A stretch of 62,523 nt of DNA from a virus. Its lineage: Duplodnaviria > Caudoviricetes. Positions within the stretch are counted from its first letter, which is position 1. Each line of letters starts with the position of its first letter. Below the pieces are notes generated by a model, which was given only the letters and a program-made list of their open reading frames with translations, was not told the DNA's origin and did no database searches. Made by a program: the position numbers and the translations under genes. The stretch spans positions 1 through 62,523 of IMG/VR virus record IMGVR_UViG_3300027969_000104. One strand, written 5' to 3'. This document shows positions 37,525-49,400 of this stretch, one piece after another.

Positions 37525-39474
37525 ATGGCAACACAACTAGGTAGAGTAGGAATAAACAGACCTCCTACAATTTTAGAAGCTGCAGTTAACGCAGTTAATC
37601 CTTTTTATCAAATACGAAGTGCATATAAGGGGGCAGTTGCTATTGGTTCATTGATAACAACAGGCTCTTTACCTGGACCAGAAACTAAAGGTTTATGTGA
37701 TATGTTAAATGCTCATGAACAGCAATTAGTAAAAGACAAAACATATGAAATTGCCAATGTTTATGAAATAAAATTTGCATCTAGTATTATAGCTTCTGCT
37801 AAAGTAAAAAATCCTGGTTCTATTGATTTCAAAACAACTTCAATGAATTCAAGTGATACAGCAGCAGCAAAGACTGGTGCAAATTCTGGCACAGCTAAAA
37901 CTAATTCTCATAATAAAGGAGTCTCTCAGGGTACTCAAATATTACAGGTTATTGAGCAAGTGGTTCGTAATAGTTCTTATATTACTGATCAGCAAACATC
38001 TATTGCCAATACCCTTGATGTAGCTGCTCCTAATATAACCAATACTTCTTCTAAGAAAAATAAACCCACAGCTTGGTTTAAGATATTAGTTAATTCTGTG
38101 CCTATTAGTGATGTAATAGATAAAAAAAGAAATGATTATGCATACCGTATTACATATATTGTAACTCCATATGCAATTAATGAAATGGATAGTAGTTATT
38201 TTCCAGAATCTCAGTTTCGTGGTGTACATAAGCTATATGATTATTGGTTTACAGGATTGAATACACAAGTGTTAAGCTATTCACAAAAATTTCCAACTTT
38301 GTACCGAACAATAGCTGGAAATGGCGGTAGTATAGCTGACGGAATATCTAGGTTACAAGGTGGACAAGGTGATGCACTTGCCAATAATACAGGTGATCTA
38401 AACAATATAGGTGTAATAAAAACTGCTCAACCATCAACGAAGAGTAACCAAGGTTCACCTAGTGATGCTAATGAACCTGCCGCAACTGCAGCAGATTTTT
38501 TATATAGTTTTGCTGATATGAAAATGGTTAATATTAAAATTGTAGGAGATCCTGCGTGGTTATTACAGGGTGAAATTTTAGGAATGAACGAGAAAGATAT
38601 GTGTTATGATGGATTTTATCCTAACGGAACAGTATGTCCTGAAACTCAAGAAGTGGTGTTTGCTATTAATTTTAATAGCCCTGCTGATTATAATAATGGA
38701 GGAGCTCCTGAATTAGGAACAGGATTGGTAGATATAAATTCTTCAGCAACACAGGGTAATTCTAACAATTTGTCAAAAACTCCTCCACAGGCAAGCGCAG
38801 CGTATAGGGCAATGACAGTTACATCAACATTTAGTAAAGGACGATTTGAACAAGAGTTAGAAGGATCAGCCCTTAAAAATCTAAGTGCTCTTCAAATTAA
38901 AAAATTCATTGTTGAAGAAAAATCATTGATATCAAGAATTATAGATGGTGTTACCAATTGGTTTACCCCTTCTCCAGCAAGAACACCAGCTTCTCAGACA
39001 CCACCGCCTGGTAGTTCAAATTCATCGGTTGCAACAGCTCCTATTGCAAATATTCCTGGCACAAAAGTCAATCCTCCAGTTAATAATCTTACGCAATCTA
39101 GGGATATAGCTCCTCCTGTAGTAAATCGTGGTACTCAACCAGTTACTCCTGCTAAACCGCCAACATCTAGCGGAGTTACAGTAGGTACAAGAACAGAGAC
39201 TACTACTAATAGTAGCGTAAGTTACTTTGTTTTTAGACAAAATGATCCTAAGGGTGCAAAAGATTACCTAGATTATATTAACGAACAAGCAAGAAAATTA
39301 GAGGCAAAAGGAGTTTCTCCGGACTGGGTGGCAAGGGCAGAAGCACAACAATTAGCATTAACAAAATTTGATGCCCAATTACGGGCAGCAGGTGCTCTTA
39401 CTAGCAATACAACAACAACAACCACACCAATAAACGGAGCCAATCCACAACAAATGGCTTCAAAGGACGAATAA
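37525..39474 (+). CDS. Baseplate hub-like protein, C-terminal part (gp27/gpD-like)
   Basis: IKIVGDP and VTSTFSKGRFEQEL motifs resemble hub C-termini; directly before gp5. Confidence 0.55.
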   Translation: MATQLGRVGINRPPTILEAAVNAVNPFYQIRSAYKGAVAIGSLITTGSLPGPETKGLCDMLNAHEQQLVKDKTYEIANVYEIKFASSIIASAKVKNPGSIDFKTTSMNSSDTAAAKTGANSGTAKTNSHNKGVSQGTQILQVIEQVVRNSSYITDQQTSIANTLDVAAPNITNTSSKKNKPTAWFKILVNSVPISDVIDKKRNDYAYRITYIVTPYAINEMDSSYFPESQFRGVHKLYDYWFTGLNTQVLSYSQKFPTLYRTIAGNGGSIADGISRLQGGQGDALANNTGDLNNIGVIKTAQPSTKSNQGSPSDANEPAATAADFLYSFADMKMVNIKIVGDPAWLLQGEILGMNEKDMCYDGFYPNGTVCPETQEVVFAINFNSPADYNNGGAPELGTGLVDINSSATQGNSNNLSKTPPQASAAYRAMTVTSTFSKGRFEQELEGSALKNLSALQIKKFIVEEKSLISRIIDGVTNWFTPSPARTPASQTPPPGSSNSSVATAPIANIPGTKVNPPVNNLTQSRDIAPPVVNRGTQPVTPAKPPTSSGVTVGTRTETTTNSSVSYFVFRQNDPKGAKDYLDYINEQARKLEAKGVSPDWVARAEAQQLALTKFDAQLRAAGALTSNTTTTTTPINGANPQQMASKDE

Positions 39475-40988
39475 TGGCAGTTAATGTACAACGATCAACC
39501 GGCAGATCATCATCATATAAATTTGATAAGGGTGGCACACCTGCTGATTTTGGCCCTTTTATAGGCGAAATCATGAATAATGTTGACCCTACTAGAGGAG
39601 GAAGAGTTCAAGTTTATATTGAACAATTTGGCGGCGGTGATAAAAATGATGAAACATTATGGCGAACTGTATCTCCTGTGCGTCAACAAGGTGGATCAAC
39701 ACCAAAAACAAGCACATCATCTGGGGTAGGAACTTACGGTTCAACAAGTAATCAACAAAGCTATGGTTCAGCAGTTGGTTCTCCTGATATTGGCACACAA
39801 TTAATGTGTTTTTTCGTTGCTGGTGATCCTACACAAGGATATTTTATAGGTGTTGTTCCCGAACAAAGTATTAATCAGATGGTACCTGCAATTGGCGCAG
39901 TTAAAAATGCGGTCAAACAAAATGAAGATCAAAAAAAATATTTTTCTAATAGTCCACAGTTACCAACAACTGAAATTAATAATGCAGAATCTAATACAGA
40001 AATATCAGACAGTCCAGAATTTTATAACAAAGAAAAGCCAGTACATAGTTATCAGGCAGCAACTATGTTTCAACAGGGCACAGTCAGTGATCCTATCCGT
40101 GGACCAATAGATTCATCTAGTCAACGAGAAAGTCCAAGTAACACATATGGCACAAGTACGCCAGGTAGACCAATATATCAGGGTGGCATGCAAGACGCAA
40201 CAATTAAACAAAAAGTAGAATCAGGAGAAGTAACCTCTGATGATGCTAACATTGTTGGTCGTACTGGTGGACATAGTGTAGTAATGGATGACGGCGCAAC
40301 TGATGGCAAAACCGCAGTAGTTCGCATTCGTACAGCTAAAGGTCATCAAATTACAATGAGTGACGATGGAAACAATCTTTATATTGCTCATGCTAATGGA
40401 CAAGTATGGTTAGAATTTGGATTAGAAGGTACACTTGATGTTTACACAACAAATTCTATTAATTTACGCACAGAAGGTACAATGAATTTACATGCTGATA
40501 AAGATTTTAATGTCTGGGCTGGCGGAAATATCAATATGATGAGTAATGTATCTACAACAATGCAAAGTCAAGGCAAATTTACTTGTGCGACTAAGGAAGA
40601 ATTACTATTGTTCAGTCAATCAACAATAGGAGTTAAAAGTAACGGACAATTGACACTTGATAGTAAATCTGGAGCTTGGCAAGGTGGTGGTAGTTTGGCA
40701 TTACAAGGTGGAACAATAGATTTAAATTCAGGATCATCGGCAAGTGTATCTGCTCCTACTGGTTTAGTAAAATATACAATGCCAGCTAGCAGTTTTAACA
40801 CTGCATCTGGGTTTAAGGTTGAATCAGCGGGAACTGAAAGTATTGTTACTAGAGCACCAGCACATGAACCATGGCCGTATCATAACCAAGGAGTTCAAGT
40901 TAATGTTAATCTTGGAGATGGAACTAACTCAAGTCCTCCTAGTGCTCCAACTATTCCAGCTGGTACTTCTATAACTAAGACAAATTAA
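39474..40988 (+). CDS. Baseplate central spike (gp5/VgrG-like)
   Basis: OB-fold NVDPTRGGRVQVYI, GHSVVMDD...RIRTAKGHQITMSD, beta-helix repeats, terminal PAHEPWPYH. Confidence 0.85.
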   Translation: MAVNVQRSTGRSSSYKFDKGGTPADFGPFIGEIMNNVDPTRGGRVQVYIEQFGGGDKNDETLWRTVSPVRQQGGSTPKTSTSSGVGTYGSTSNQQSYGSAVGSPDIGTQLMCFFVAGDPTQGYFIGVVPEQSINQMVPAIGAVKNAVKQNEDQKKYFSNSPQLPTTEINNAESNTEISDSPEFYNKEKPVHSYQAATMFQQGTVSDPIRGPIDSSSQRESPSNTYGTSTPGRPIYQGGMQDATIKQKVESGEVTSDDANIVGRTGGHSVVMDDGATDGKTAVVRIRTAKGHQITMSDDGNNLYIAHANGQVWLEFGLEGTLDVYTTNSINLRTEGTMNLHADKDFNVWAGGNINMMSNVSTTMQSQGKFTCATKEELLLFSQSTIGVKSNGQLTLDSKSGAWQGGGSLALQGGTIDLNSGSSASVSAPTGLVKYTMPASSFNTASGFKVESAGTESIVTRAPAHEPWPYHNQGVQVNVNLGDGTNSSPPSAPTIPAGTSITKTN

Positions 40989-40989
40989 T

Positions 40990-42540
40990 ATGGCAATTTT
41001 TAAATATACTCTACCGTCTGGATCAAAATATCAACTAAATGCTCCAAATGATACCACACAAGCACAAGCGGATAAAATTTTTTATTCACAAGTGGCAGCA
41101 GGTACATTTGTTGGATACAATAAAGGTGATACCCTATTACATCCTACCGAGGCATTAAGTAATTTTGGACTTACAAGACTACAGCGAGGCACAGCTGGTG
41201 TAGATGATAAAACTTTAATGGCGGTTATTGCCAATATGCCAGTGGTAATTGAATTACCACAATTAACGACAGTATCAGTAAGTAATCCTGTAACATCAGC
41301 AAACTATATACAAGTGGTTAGTACTCCTAATGGAAGAACTAACATGACATTGCAAGCAGGACAGTTATCATCTCAAGAAACACAAGCTTTGATGGCGCAA
41401 TTAGCTAATCTTGCTCAAAATGATGTTAATACTTTTACACAAGCTGATGGAATTGGCATTTATGGATTTAATTGTAGTCAACTTGAACAGGCTGGAATAG
41501 TAAAGCCTGGCATGAGTCAGTTATATTGTCCTCTTAATGAAACTACCGGAGATAATCCTGATAATTTTGTTGATTTCATGAGTTCACCTACCCCGTGGTC
41601 AGGAAAATTTAATATTACAAGCGTTTATGACATATTAGGAGATTTAGCAATACAAAATCAGATACAAGAGCTGTTACTTGATCAAAGTTACAATCAATTA
41701 GTTGCAAATGGCTCTATTATACCACCTACTCCTAGAGTTACTACACCTAGCATCAGTACGGGTCATGTTTATACAGCAGATGGCACGTTAGCTACTGCAT
41801 CAGCGGTTACTTTGCTTACTGCCACTCCTAGATTGACAAATGGAGTAGTTGATCCTAATATAATACCAGTTGGAACAGTTCCACCGGAAGTACAAAGTTT
41901 TGGATCTGATTCTAGTGCAATTTATAGCTATGGAATGTCAGCATTGGCCACAGGGGCAGTTGGGTTTAATACAGGAGCAGGCCAAGTAGCAGGATTATCC
42001 ACTGGATTAAATAACGGAACAGCGGTAGGAATGGCAGCTGTTTTAGGTTCATCGGTAAACGGTGATGTTGGTGCGTTAATGGCTATAGGAAGCAGATATG
42101 GAGTTGGTATTGCAACTAGTTGGGCGGCAGGATCCACTAGTGGCTTTATATCAAACGCTGCCGGAATTGGTGCGTTGGTAGGAAGTTTAGTTCCAATACC
42201 TCCAGCACTAGCAAAAGTAAGTGCTAAGATCAATACAGTAGTTAACACTATTGCTAAAGCAGCACAATTTGCTTCAAGTTTTAGTAATTTTTCATTGAGT
42301 GGATTAATATCTAGAATACAACCAGCAGCTGCATTCAGTAATACAGTTAATAGATCTACTCTTGATGCTGCTGTGACTCGTGTTATTGGATCAGCACTTA
42401 TTGCTTCTCCTATGTATGCTCTTCCATCAATAAAAAGTTTAGGAATTTCCGCTGACATTAGTGCTGCAACTAGAATTCTAGCACAAGCACAATCAGCAAC
42501 TCAAGTTATTGGCAATAGACCAGTTAATATTCTAAGATAA
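40990..42540 (+). CDS. Baseplate-associated protein, function unknown
   Basis: 516 aa ORF between the gp5- and gp25-like genes; hydrophobic Ala/Gly-rich C-terminal third. Confidence 0.55.
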   Translation: MAIFKYTLPSGSKYQLNAPNDTTQAQADKIFYSQVAAGTFVGYNKGDTLLHPTEALSNFGLTRLQRGTAGVDDKTLMAVIANMPVVIELPQLTTVSVSNPVTSANYIQVVSTPNGRTNMTLQAGQLSSQETQALMAQLANLAQNDVNTFTQADGIGIYGFNCSQLEQAGIVKPGMSQLYCPLNETTGDNPDNFVDFMSSPTPWSGKFNITSVYDILGDLAIQNQIQELLLDQSYNQLVANGSIIPPTPRVTTPSISTGHVYTADGTLATASAVTLLTATPRLTNGVVDPNIIPVGTVPPEVQSFGSDSSAIYSYGMSALATGAVGFNTGAGQVAGLSTGLNNGTAVGMAAVLGSSVNGDVGALMAIGSRYGVGIATSWAAGSTSGFISNAAGIGALVGSLVPIPPALAKVSAKINTVVNTIAKAAQFASSFSNFSLSGLISRIQPAAAFSNTVNRSTLDAAVTRVIGSALIASPMYALPSIKSLGISADISAATRILAQAQSATQVIGNRPVNILR

Positions 42541-42549
42541 ATACACATT

Positions 42550-42924
42550 ATGGCTACATTTGTTGGATTTTCTACTGTTAACCAAAACAAAAATTTTGTA
42601 TTAGTTGATTATGAACTAATAAAACAAGATTTACTTAACGCATTTAACATCAGACAAGGTGAACTGGTGGGTAGACCTGGATACGGTACAATTTTATGGA
42701 CATTTTTATTTGAAAATCAAAGCGTAGATTTGCAAACAGCAATTTATGACGAAGTTCAGCGAGTAATTGCTGGAGATCCTAGATTATATCTTAACAATAT
42801 TGTCATGTATCCACAAGCTAATGGCATATTACTTGAGCTTAATCTACAAACAGTAGCAACCACTTCGGTAGAGATATTATCTATTTTCTTTGACGAAAAT
42901 TCACGATCTGCCAGTTACGTCTAA
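42550..42924 (+). CDS. gp25: Baseplate wedge subunit (gp25-like)
   Basis: IKQDLLNAFNIRQGE...P.YGT...LFE...DPR motif. Confidence 0.9.
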   Translation: MATFVGFSTVNQNKNFVLVDYELIKQDLLNAFNIRQGELVGRPGYGTILWTFLFENQSVDLQTAIYDEVQRVIAGDPRLYLNNIVMYPQANGILLELNLQTVATTSVEILSIFFDENSRSASYV

Positions 42925-42949
42925 CATAATGTACACACATTATTAGAAG

Positions 42950-42957
42950 TATAAATA
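42950..42957 (+). promoter_or_regulatory. Late promoter TATAAATA
   Basis: Exact consensus upstream of the gp6-like gene. Confidence 0.75.
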
Positions 42958-42976
42958 CTGTAACATTGGAAAGGCT

Positions 42977-45900
42977 ATGGCAAAGACTACAAGACAAACC
43001 GTATTATTTGGAGTTGAAGATTGGAAAAAAATCTATCAAACCTACAGTGAAGGAAATTTCCAAAGCTACGATTTTGAGACCTTACGAAAGAGTTTTATAG
43101 ATTACTTGCGTCAATACTATCCTGAGACATTCAACGACTACATTGAATCTTCAGAATTCATAGCATTACTGGATGTAATGGCGTTTATGGGCCAATCATT
43201 AGCATTCCGTACAGATTTAAATACTCGTGAAAATTACATTGATACAGCAGAGCGCAGAGATAGCGTTATTAAACTTGCAAATTTAGTTTCTTATAATCCT
43301 GAACGTAATACAGAGGCTAACGGTTATCTTAAGGTATTTTCAATTCAAACTACTGAAAATGTAACAGATTACAATGGATTAAATTTAGCTAATGTAAACG
43401 TTAACTGGGCTGACCCTAGTAATTTTGATTGGCAAGAACAATTTACGGCTATTCTTAATGCATCATTACTTGACACTCAGTTTGTTGGTTCACCAGGCAA
43501 TGAGCAAGTTATACTAGGCGTAGATACAAGTGAATATACTATTAACTTAGTTCCCGGTTATCTACCAGTTGTGCCGTTCACTGCAACTGTTAATGGAGTT
43601 AATATGCCATTTGAGGTAGTTAATGCTACATCACTTGCTGAAACTTATATATATGAGCCGCCTCCATTGCCAAACGGGCAGTTTAATATTTTATATCGTA
43701 ATGATCAGATGGGATACCAGTCTGCTAATACCGGGTTTTTCTTTTATTTTAAACAAGGTACATTACAAAATCAAGATTTTAATTTACTAGAGCAAATATC
43801 AAATCGTACAGTTAATATTAATATTGAAGGTGTTAATCAAACTGACGTTTGGTTATATCAGCTTGATAACGTAGGTAGCGTTAACAAAATTTGGACAAAA
43901 GTTCCTTCAATTTATGAAGCTGCAGTTGAGCAAATGACTCCTAATCTTCGTGATGTATACTCTGTTACTAGTAGAACTAATGATCAAATTACGTTAGTAT
44001 TTGGTGATAATGTGTTTGCTACTATTCCTGTTGGTCAATTTCGTAACTATGTAAGATCATCAAACGGATTACAGTATATTATTAATACAGAAAATATGCA
44101 GTCTGTGCAAATTCCTATATCATACGTAAGTCGTAGTGGTCAGATTGAAACTCTTACATTTACATGTGGAATTACTTCACCTGTTACTAACGCTGCTGCT
44201 CGTGAAACTATAGATCAGATTAAGCAACGTGCTCCTGCCCGTTATTATACACAAAACCGTATGGTTAATGGAGAAGATTATACTAATTTTCCATTTACAA
44301 CAAACAATTCTATTATTAAAAGTGCTGCGCTTAATCGTAGTTCAATTGGAACTAGCAGATACTTAGATTTGGTTGATCCTACTGGTAAATATTCATCTAC
44401 AAATGTGTTTGGATCGGATGGAGCATTGTGGTATATTAATAGTACGCCTGCTTTTACATTTACGTTTCAAACTAATAATGACATTAATAATGTTATTTTG
44501 AATGATATTACTCCTGTATTGTCGCAGGAAACATTTAGACAATTTTATAATGCTTATTTTCCGCGACCAAGTTTAACAAATTTAAATTATAGTTGGTATG
44601 AAAGCACGACTATAGTAAATGAAACTACTGGCTATTTTCAAAATAGCAGTGGTGTTCCGGTACCAGTTGGCTCAACAGTAAGCAATAACGCATTTTTTAT
44701 TGATGAAACAGCGTTGATTAAATTTGTTCCACCATCTGGATATTACTTTGATTCTAAAAATGAATTGAAACCAGGTATTCCAACGGAAGCTGGTGATCAT
44801 CTAGTAATTTGGGCTAGTCCAACTGCAATTGATGGAGATGGAACTAACGATGGGCTAGGCAATTTAATAGATGGAACTGGGCCAGTTGTATTGAATACAT
44901 ATGTTCCAACTGGTGCAATTCCAGTAGATGTTATTCCAATGTTAATCACTAAGTTTAACTCAGAAACTCAGCAATCTATTCTTAATCAAATTTATCTAAA
45001 ACAAAATTTTGGATTAGGATATGATAGCACAGGCGCAATTACTGGAACGGCATACTCATGGTATATCATAACTTCTGCCAATTTGGCCATAGATGCCACA
45101 TGGAGCCAAGCATATGCTGGCAATACAACAAATGCCAATCTTGATGCTAGTTGGATGATTCAAGCGACTTATAATGGATCACAATATACTGTACAATCAC
45201 GAAGTCTCAACTATTATTTTGGCAGCGTATTAGAGGTAAGATTTTTCTTTGGTACTGATCAGGCAATTTACGACAGTAGATCTGGTACTGTTATTTCTGA
45301 TTTTGCTAAAGTATTACGTTCTAACAGTCAACCTGATAATAATTCACCGTTAATGACAGATGTGACACTTAAGATTATTGGTCAACCAGTATTAAGTGAT
45401 GGACTAGTTGATGATTATCAAGTATTAGTTAGTTACCAAGATTACAATAACAATGGTATTCCATTAGATCCAGATTTTTTCCAACAAATTGTTGGAGTAT
45501 CTCCTTCAAGCACAACTATTCCACAGCCGTATGTGTATTTTCAATTAACTGTTGATTTTGATAATTTAGAAAGATATATATTACAACCAAATGGTATTGT
45601 AAATGATGATTATGCTACTGTATCTCAGATTCAACTGGTTAAAGAACAATATTCAACCGGACAAGTATTTTATGCTTATCAAGAAAATAATTTTTACACA
45701 TTAACGCTGGCATTGTCTGGAGTTAGAACTTTAACATTGACTCAAGGATGGGTAGCGCAAGTTGGAAGACAAGATTTGTATTTTCAATATCGCCATAACT
45801 CAGCATTAAGCAATTTAATTGACCCTGGTAGCACAAATATTATTGATTTATATCTAGTAACACTATCATATTATACAGCATATTCATCATGGGTGCGTGA

Positions 45901-46408
45901 TACAACTAATACTATTACTCAACCTTTGCCACCTACAATTAATGAGTTAACTACATCGTATGCTGCGTTACAAGATTACAAAATGATCAGTGATAACATG
46001 ATTCTTAACAGTGTGGAATTTTTGCCACTATTTGGAAGTAAAGCTCCAGAAGCATTACGGGCTATTATTAGAGTTGTGCCAGCTGCAAATACTAATGCTA
46101 GCAATAATCAAATTCAAAATCTTGTACTATCAACTATGAATGCGTATTTTGACATTGCTAATTGGAATTTTGGACAGACTTTTTATTTTTCTGAACTAGC
46201 ATCATATATTCATGCTCAAATTGGAACTTATGTGGCTTCTGTTGTATTAGTTCCACTTAACCCACAAAAATCATTTGGTGATTTGTATGAAATACAATGT
46301 GCTCCATATCAAATTTTTGTTAACGGTGCCACAATTAACAACATTGAAATTATTCAATCATTGACTAGCACTAACTTACAAACTGCCCCTGGTAGTGGAG
46401 CAATTTAA
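42977..46408 (+). CDS. gp6: Baseplate wedge protein (gp6-like)
   Basis: DFETLR, LLDVMAF, DTAERRDSV, FGDNVF, ETIDQIKQRAP...QNRMVNGEDY. Confidence 0.88.
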   Translation: MAKTTRQTVLFGVEDWKKIYQTYSEGNFQSYDFETLRKSFIDYLRQYYPETFNDYIESSEFIALLDVMAFMGQSLAFRTDLNTRENYIDTAERRDSVIKLANLVSYNPERNTEANGYLKVFSIQTTENVTDYNGLNLANVNVNWADPSNFDWQEQFTAILNASLLDTQFVGSPGNEQVILGVDTSEYTINLVPGYLPVVPFTATVNGVNMPFEVVNATSLAETYIYEPPPLPNGQFNILYRNDQMGYQSANTGFFFYFKQGTLQNQDFNLLEQISNRTVNINIEGVNQTDVWLYQLDNVGSVNKIWTKVPSIYEAAVEQMTPNLRDVYSVTSRTNDQITLVFGDNVFATIPVGQFRNYVRSSNGLQYIINTENMQSVQIPISYVSRSGQIETLTFTCGITSPVTNAAARETIDQIKQRAPARYYTQNRMVNGEDYTNFPFTTNNSIIKSAALNRSSIGTSRYLDLVDPTGKYSSTNVFGSDGALWYINSTPAFTFTFQTNNDINNVILNDITPVLSQETFRQFYNAYFPRPSLTNLNYSWYESTTIVNETTGYFQNSSGVPVPVGSTVSNNAFFIDETALIKFVPPSGYYFDSKNELKPGIPTEAGDHLVIWASPTAIDGDGTNDGLGNLIDGTGPVVLNTYVPTGAIPVDVIPMLITKFNSETQQSILNQIYLKQNFGLGYDSTGAITGTAYSWYIITSANLAIDATWSQAYAGNTTNANLDASWMIQATYNGSQYTVQSRSLNYYFGSVLEVRFFFGTDQAIYDSRSGTVISDFAKVLRSNSQPDNNSPLMTDVTLKIIGQPVLSDGLVDDYQVLVSYQDYNNNGIPLDPDFFQQIVGVSPSSTTIPQPYVYFQLTVDFDNLERYILQPNGIVNDDYATVSQIQLVKEQYSTGQVFYAYQENNFYTLTLALSGVRTLTLTQGWVAQVGRQDLYFQYRHNSALSNLIDPGSTNIIDLYLVTLSYYTAYSSWVRDTTNTITQPLPPTINELTTSYAALQDYKMISDNMILNSVEFLPLFGSKAPEALRAIIRVVPAANTNASNNQIQNLVLSTMNAYFDIANWNFGQTFYFSELASYIHAQIGTYVASVVLVPLNPQKSFGDLYEIQCAPYQIFVNGATINNIEIIQSLTSTNLQTAPGSGAI

Positions 46409-49400
46409 TGGCCGCAAAAATTCGTTCTGTTGATTTTTTACCTGAAATATTCCAAACACCGGTAAACACTCAGTTTTTAACAGCTACACTTGATCAATTA
46501 ATCCAAGAACCAAAATACAAACAGACTCAAGGTTTTATCGGACGAAAAGTCGGGCCTGGTGTAATACCATCTGACGGCTATGTCATTGAGCCAAATGCTA
46601 CTCGTAACAATTACCAATTAGAACCGGGTGTGGTAAGTATTGATCCTATCACATTAAAAATTAATGATGCTATTACATACCCTGGAATTATTAATGCTCT
46701 TAATACACAAGGTGGCATTACTGAGCAGGCAGATAGATTATTTGAAAGCGAATATTACACCTGGGATCCTTTTGTAGATTTTGACAAGTATAATAACTAT
46801 TCTCAGTATTATTGGTTGCCTGACGGACCAGACTTAGTTACTGTTGCACCTACTTCAATACCCACTGAACAAACTTTTAATGTTACTCGTAGTAACGGAG
46901 CGTACACATTTACTGATTATTCTGGAAATAACCCAGCATTGACTTTAGTACGTAATGGCAAATATAAGTTTGTTATAGCACAAAATACACCTGCTACTAT
47001 AGAATATCGTGTTACTAACAGAGGGACTAGTAGTTGGACTATAAATTCCGTTGCCAATCCTACATTAACCCTTATTCGCGGCAACACATATGTGTTTAAT
47101 TTAGTACAAACTGTTAATCTTGCGTTTTATATCAAAACTCAACCAAGTTTTGGCACTACAAATTTATGGTCGGATGGAGTTACTAATAATGGAGCAGGCG
47201 AAGGGTTAGTTACATTTACTGTGCCTCAAAATGCACCAGATACTTTATATTACAGTAATGATTTAGAATTTAATCTCCGTGGACAGTTTGATATTATTAG
47301 TGCTGAGCCAGGCACTGGTCCAGATTTTTGGATTCAATCTGCGCCTGGCGTTGATGGTAAATTGCCATCGTCAAGGAATATCAGCAGCCGTGATGTGCTT
47401 GGTGTGTCAAACAACGGCACGGATTTAGGCACAGTTACATTTAATGTTCCTGATGTCAGCGCACAGAATTTCTACTATTCTATGCCATATATTGGTTACC
47501 CTACCGCAACAACAGGAGTAGTAGATTTAATTTGTGATAATATACAATTTGACCAAATAAACGGTATTACTGTTGAACAATTTTTAGCTACTTATCCTGA
47601 TGGTATTGACGGCATCACTAATCTAAATGGTAGGACACTTGTATTTCCTACTCAATCGTCAGACCCTGCCCCTGGCGGATGGTATAACGTGCAACCATTT
47701 GATCCACTTTTAACAGGTCAGAATTTTCAAGTAGGATCATATGATACTACTGGATTTGCAGAAGCTATTCCTATTACTGATCCTGCGGTACAAGCAAGTT
47801 TATGGCAAATTCAATATGTAAACAAAGGCGGTGTAGATTTTATTCAGCTTAATAGCATTTTTTCTATTGCTGATTTAACACAATTTATTGTTTCTTTTGG
47901 ATCTCAATATGTTAATACACAGTGGTATAAGAATTCGTCTGGATTCTTTACACAAATGCCATTACTTACTGCAGCATTGCCACGGTTATACTATCAAGAT
48001 AGTGAAGATCCAAGTATTTTTGGTGTAATCAATCTTATTGATGGCAATATTAATCCAAGTATTCCTGCATTGGCTATTAGCGGGCTTTCAGCATCTGGAA
48101 CAGAAGTGACATTATCTTTTTCAGAACAGACATCAGCTCCTTACTCTATTGGAAGTACAATTATTGTATCGGAAATTACTCCAACCGGATATAATGGAAA
48201 TTATACAGTATTAGATTGTACTACAACATCAGTAACTTACGCAAGTACATATACTGGAACGTATAGTACTGGTGGTGTAATAAATTCTGTTAGTATCAAC
48301 TCATATATCAATGTTGAAACTGATATTTTAGGTCAACTAAATTATACTAGCCCAAACGGCATAACATTTACCAATGGACTTAAGATTATATTTAAAGGCA
48401 ATGTATTCCCTACATCATATGTAAACAATACTTACTATGTACAGGGCGTTGGGTCTGGAATAAAACTAATACTTGCTTCTAACTTAATTGCAGTGGAACC
48501 TTATGCTAATGATGATAGTGGACAACCTGTAGTTCCTGATTATATTACAATCAGCATAGCTAGTCTTGATTTAAATCCATGGACTCGCAGTAACAGGTGG
48601 TTTCATGTTGATGTTATTGATGCTGCTGCTGCCTATAATAATGTAACTCCTAGTTATACTGGTTTACAACGTGCAGCCCGTCCTATTTTAGAGTTTAGAG
48701 CTGGTACAAAATTATTTAACTTTGGCACAGAAGGATTGCCAGCTGTTAACGTCATTGATTTTACCCAAACTAACGCATTATTAAATGTAAATGGTCAATT
48801 GGGATATGGTGTTAATGGATACGAATTTGTACAAGGCAGTTTAGTTATATTTGCTGCTGATTCTAATGCAGATGTGCGTAATCAAATTTTCACTGTGAAC
48901 TTTATTGTTCCTGATCCTGAAACTACAACTGTCCCTATCATTGATTTGGTACCAACAAGTTATAGTCCAGTTTCATTTAATCAAACAACGGTATGTCTTA
49001 ACGGTCTTACATTGCCAGTTACATCAGCGTCTGGAACAGGCACTAGCGTTACTCTAAACTTTACCCCACGATCAAGCATTCCTTATGTAGTTGGACAATC
49101 TATTTCGGTATCAGAAATATTACCAGCTTCTTATAATGGAAATTATATTGTAACTGCATGTACGACTTTTTCAGTTAGCTTTGCTAGTAATACTACTGCA
49201 ACTTATATTTCTGGGGGTACTATTGGTGTTCAGGGTCAAAGTTTTTACTATAATGGCACGACATGGGTAGATTCTCAGCAAAAAAATTCTGTTAATCAAG
49301 CTCCATTGTTTGATGTATTTGATAGTAGTGGATATAGTTTTAGTGATTCAACAATATATCCAAGTTCTAACTTTACAGGATGTAAACTTCTAAGTTATGC

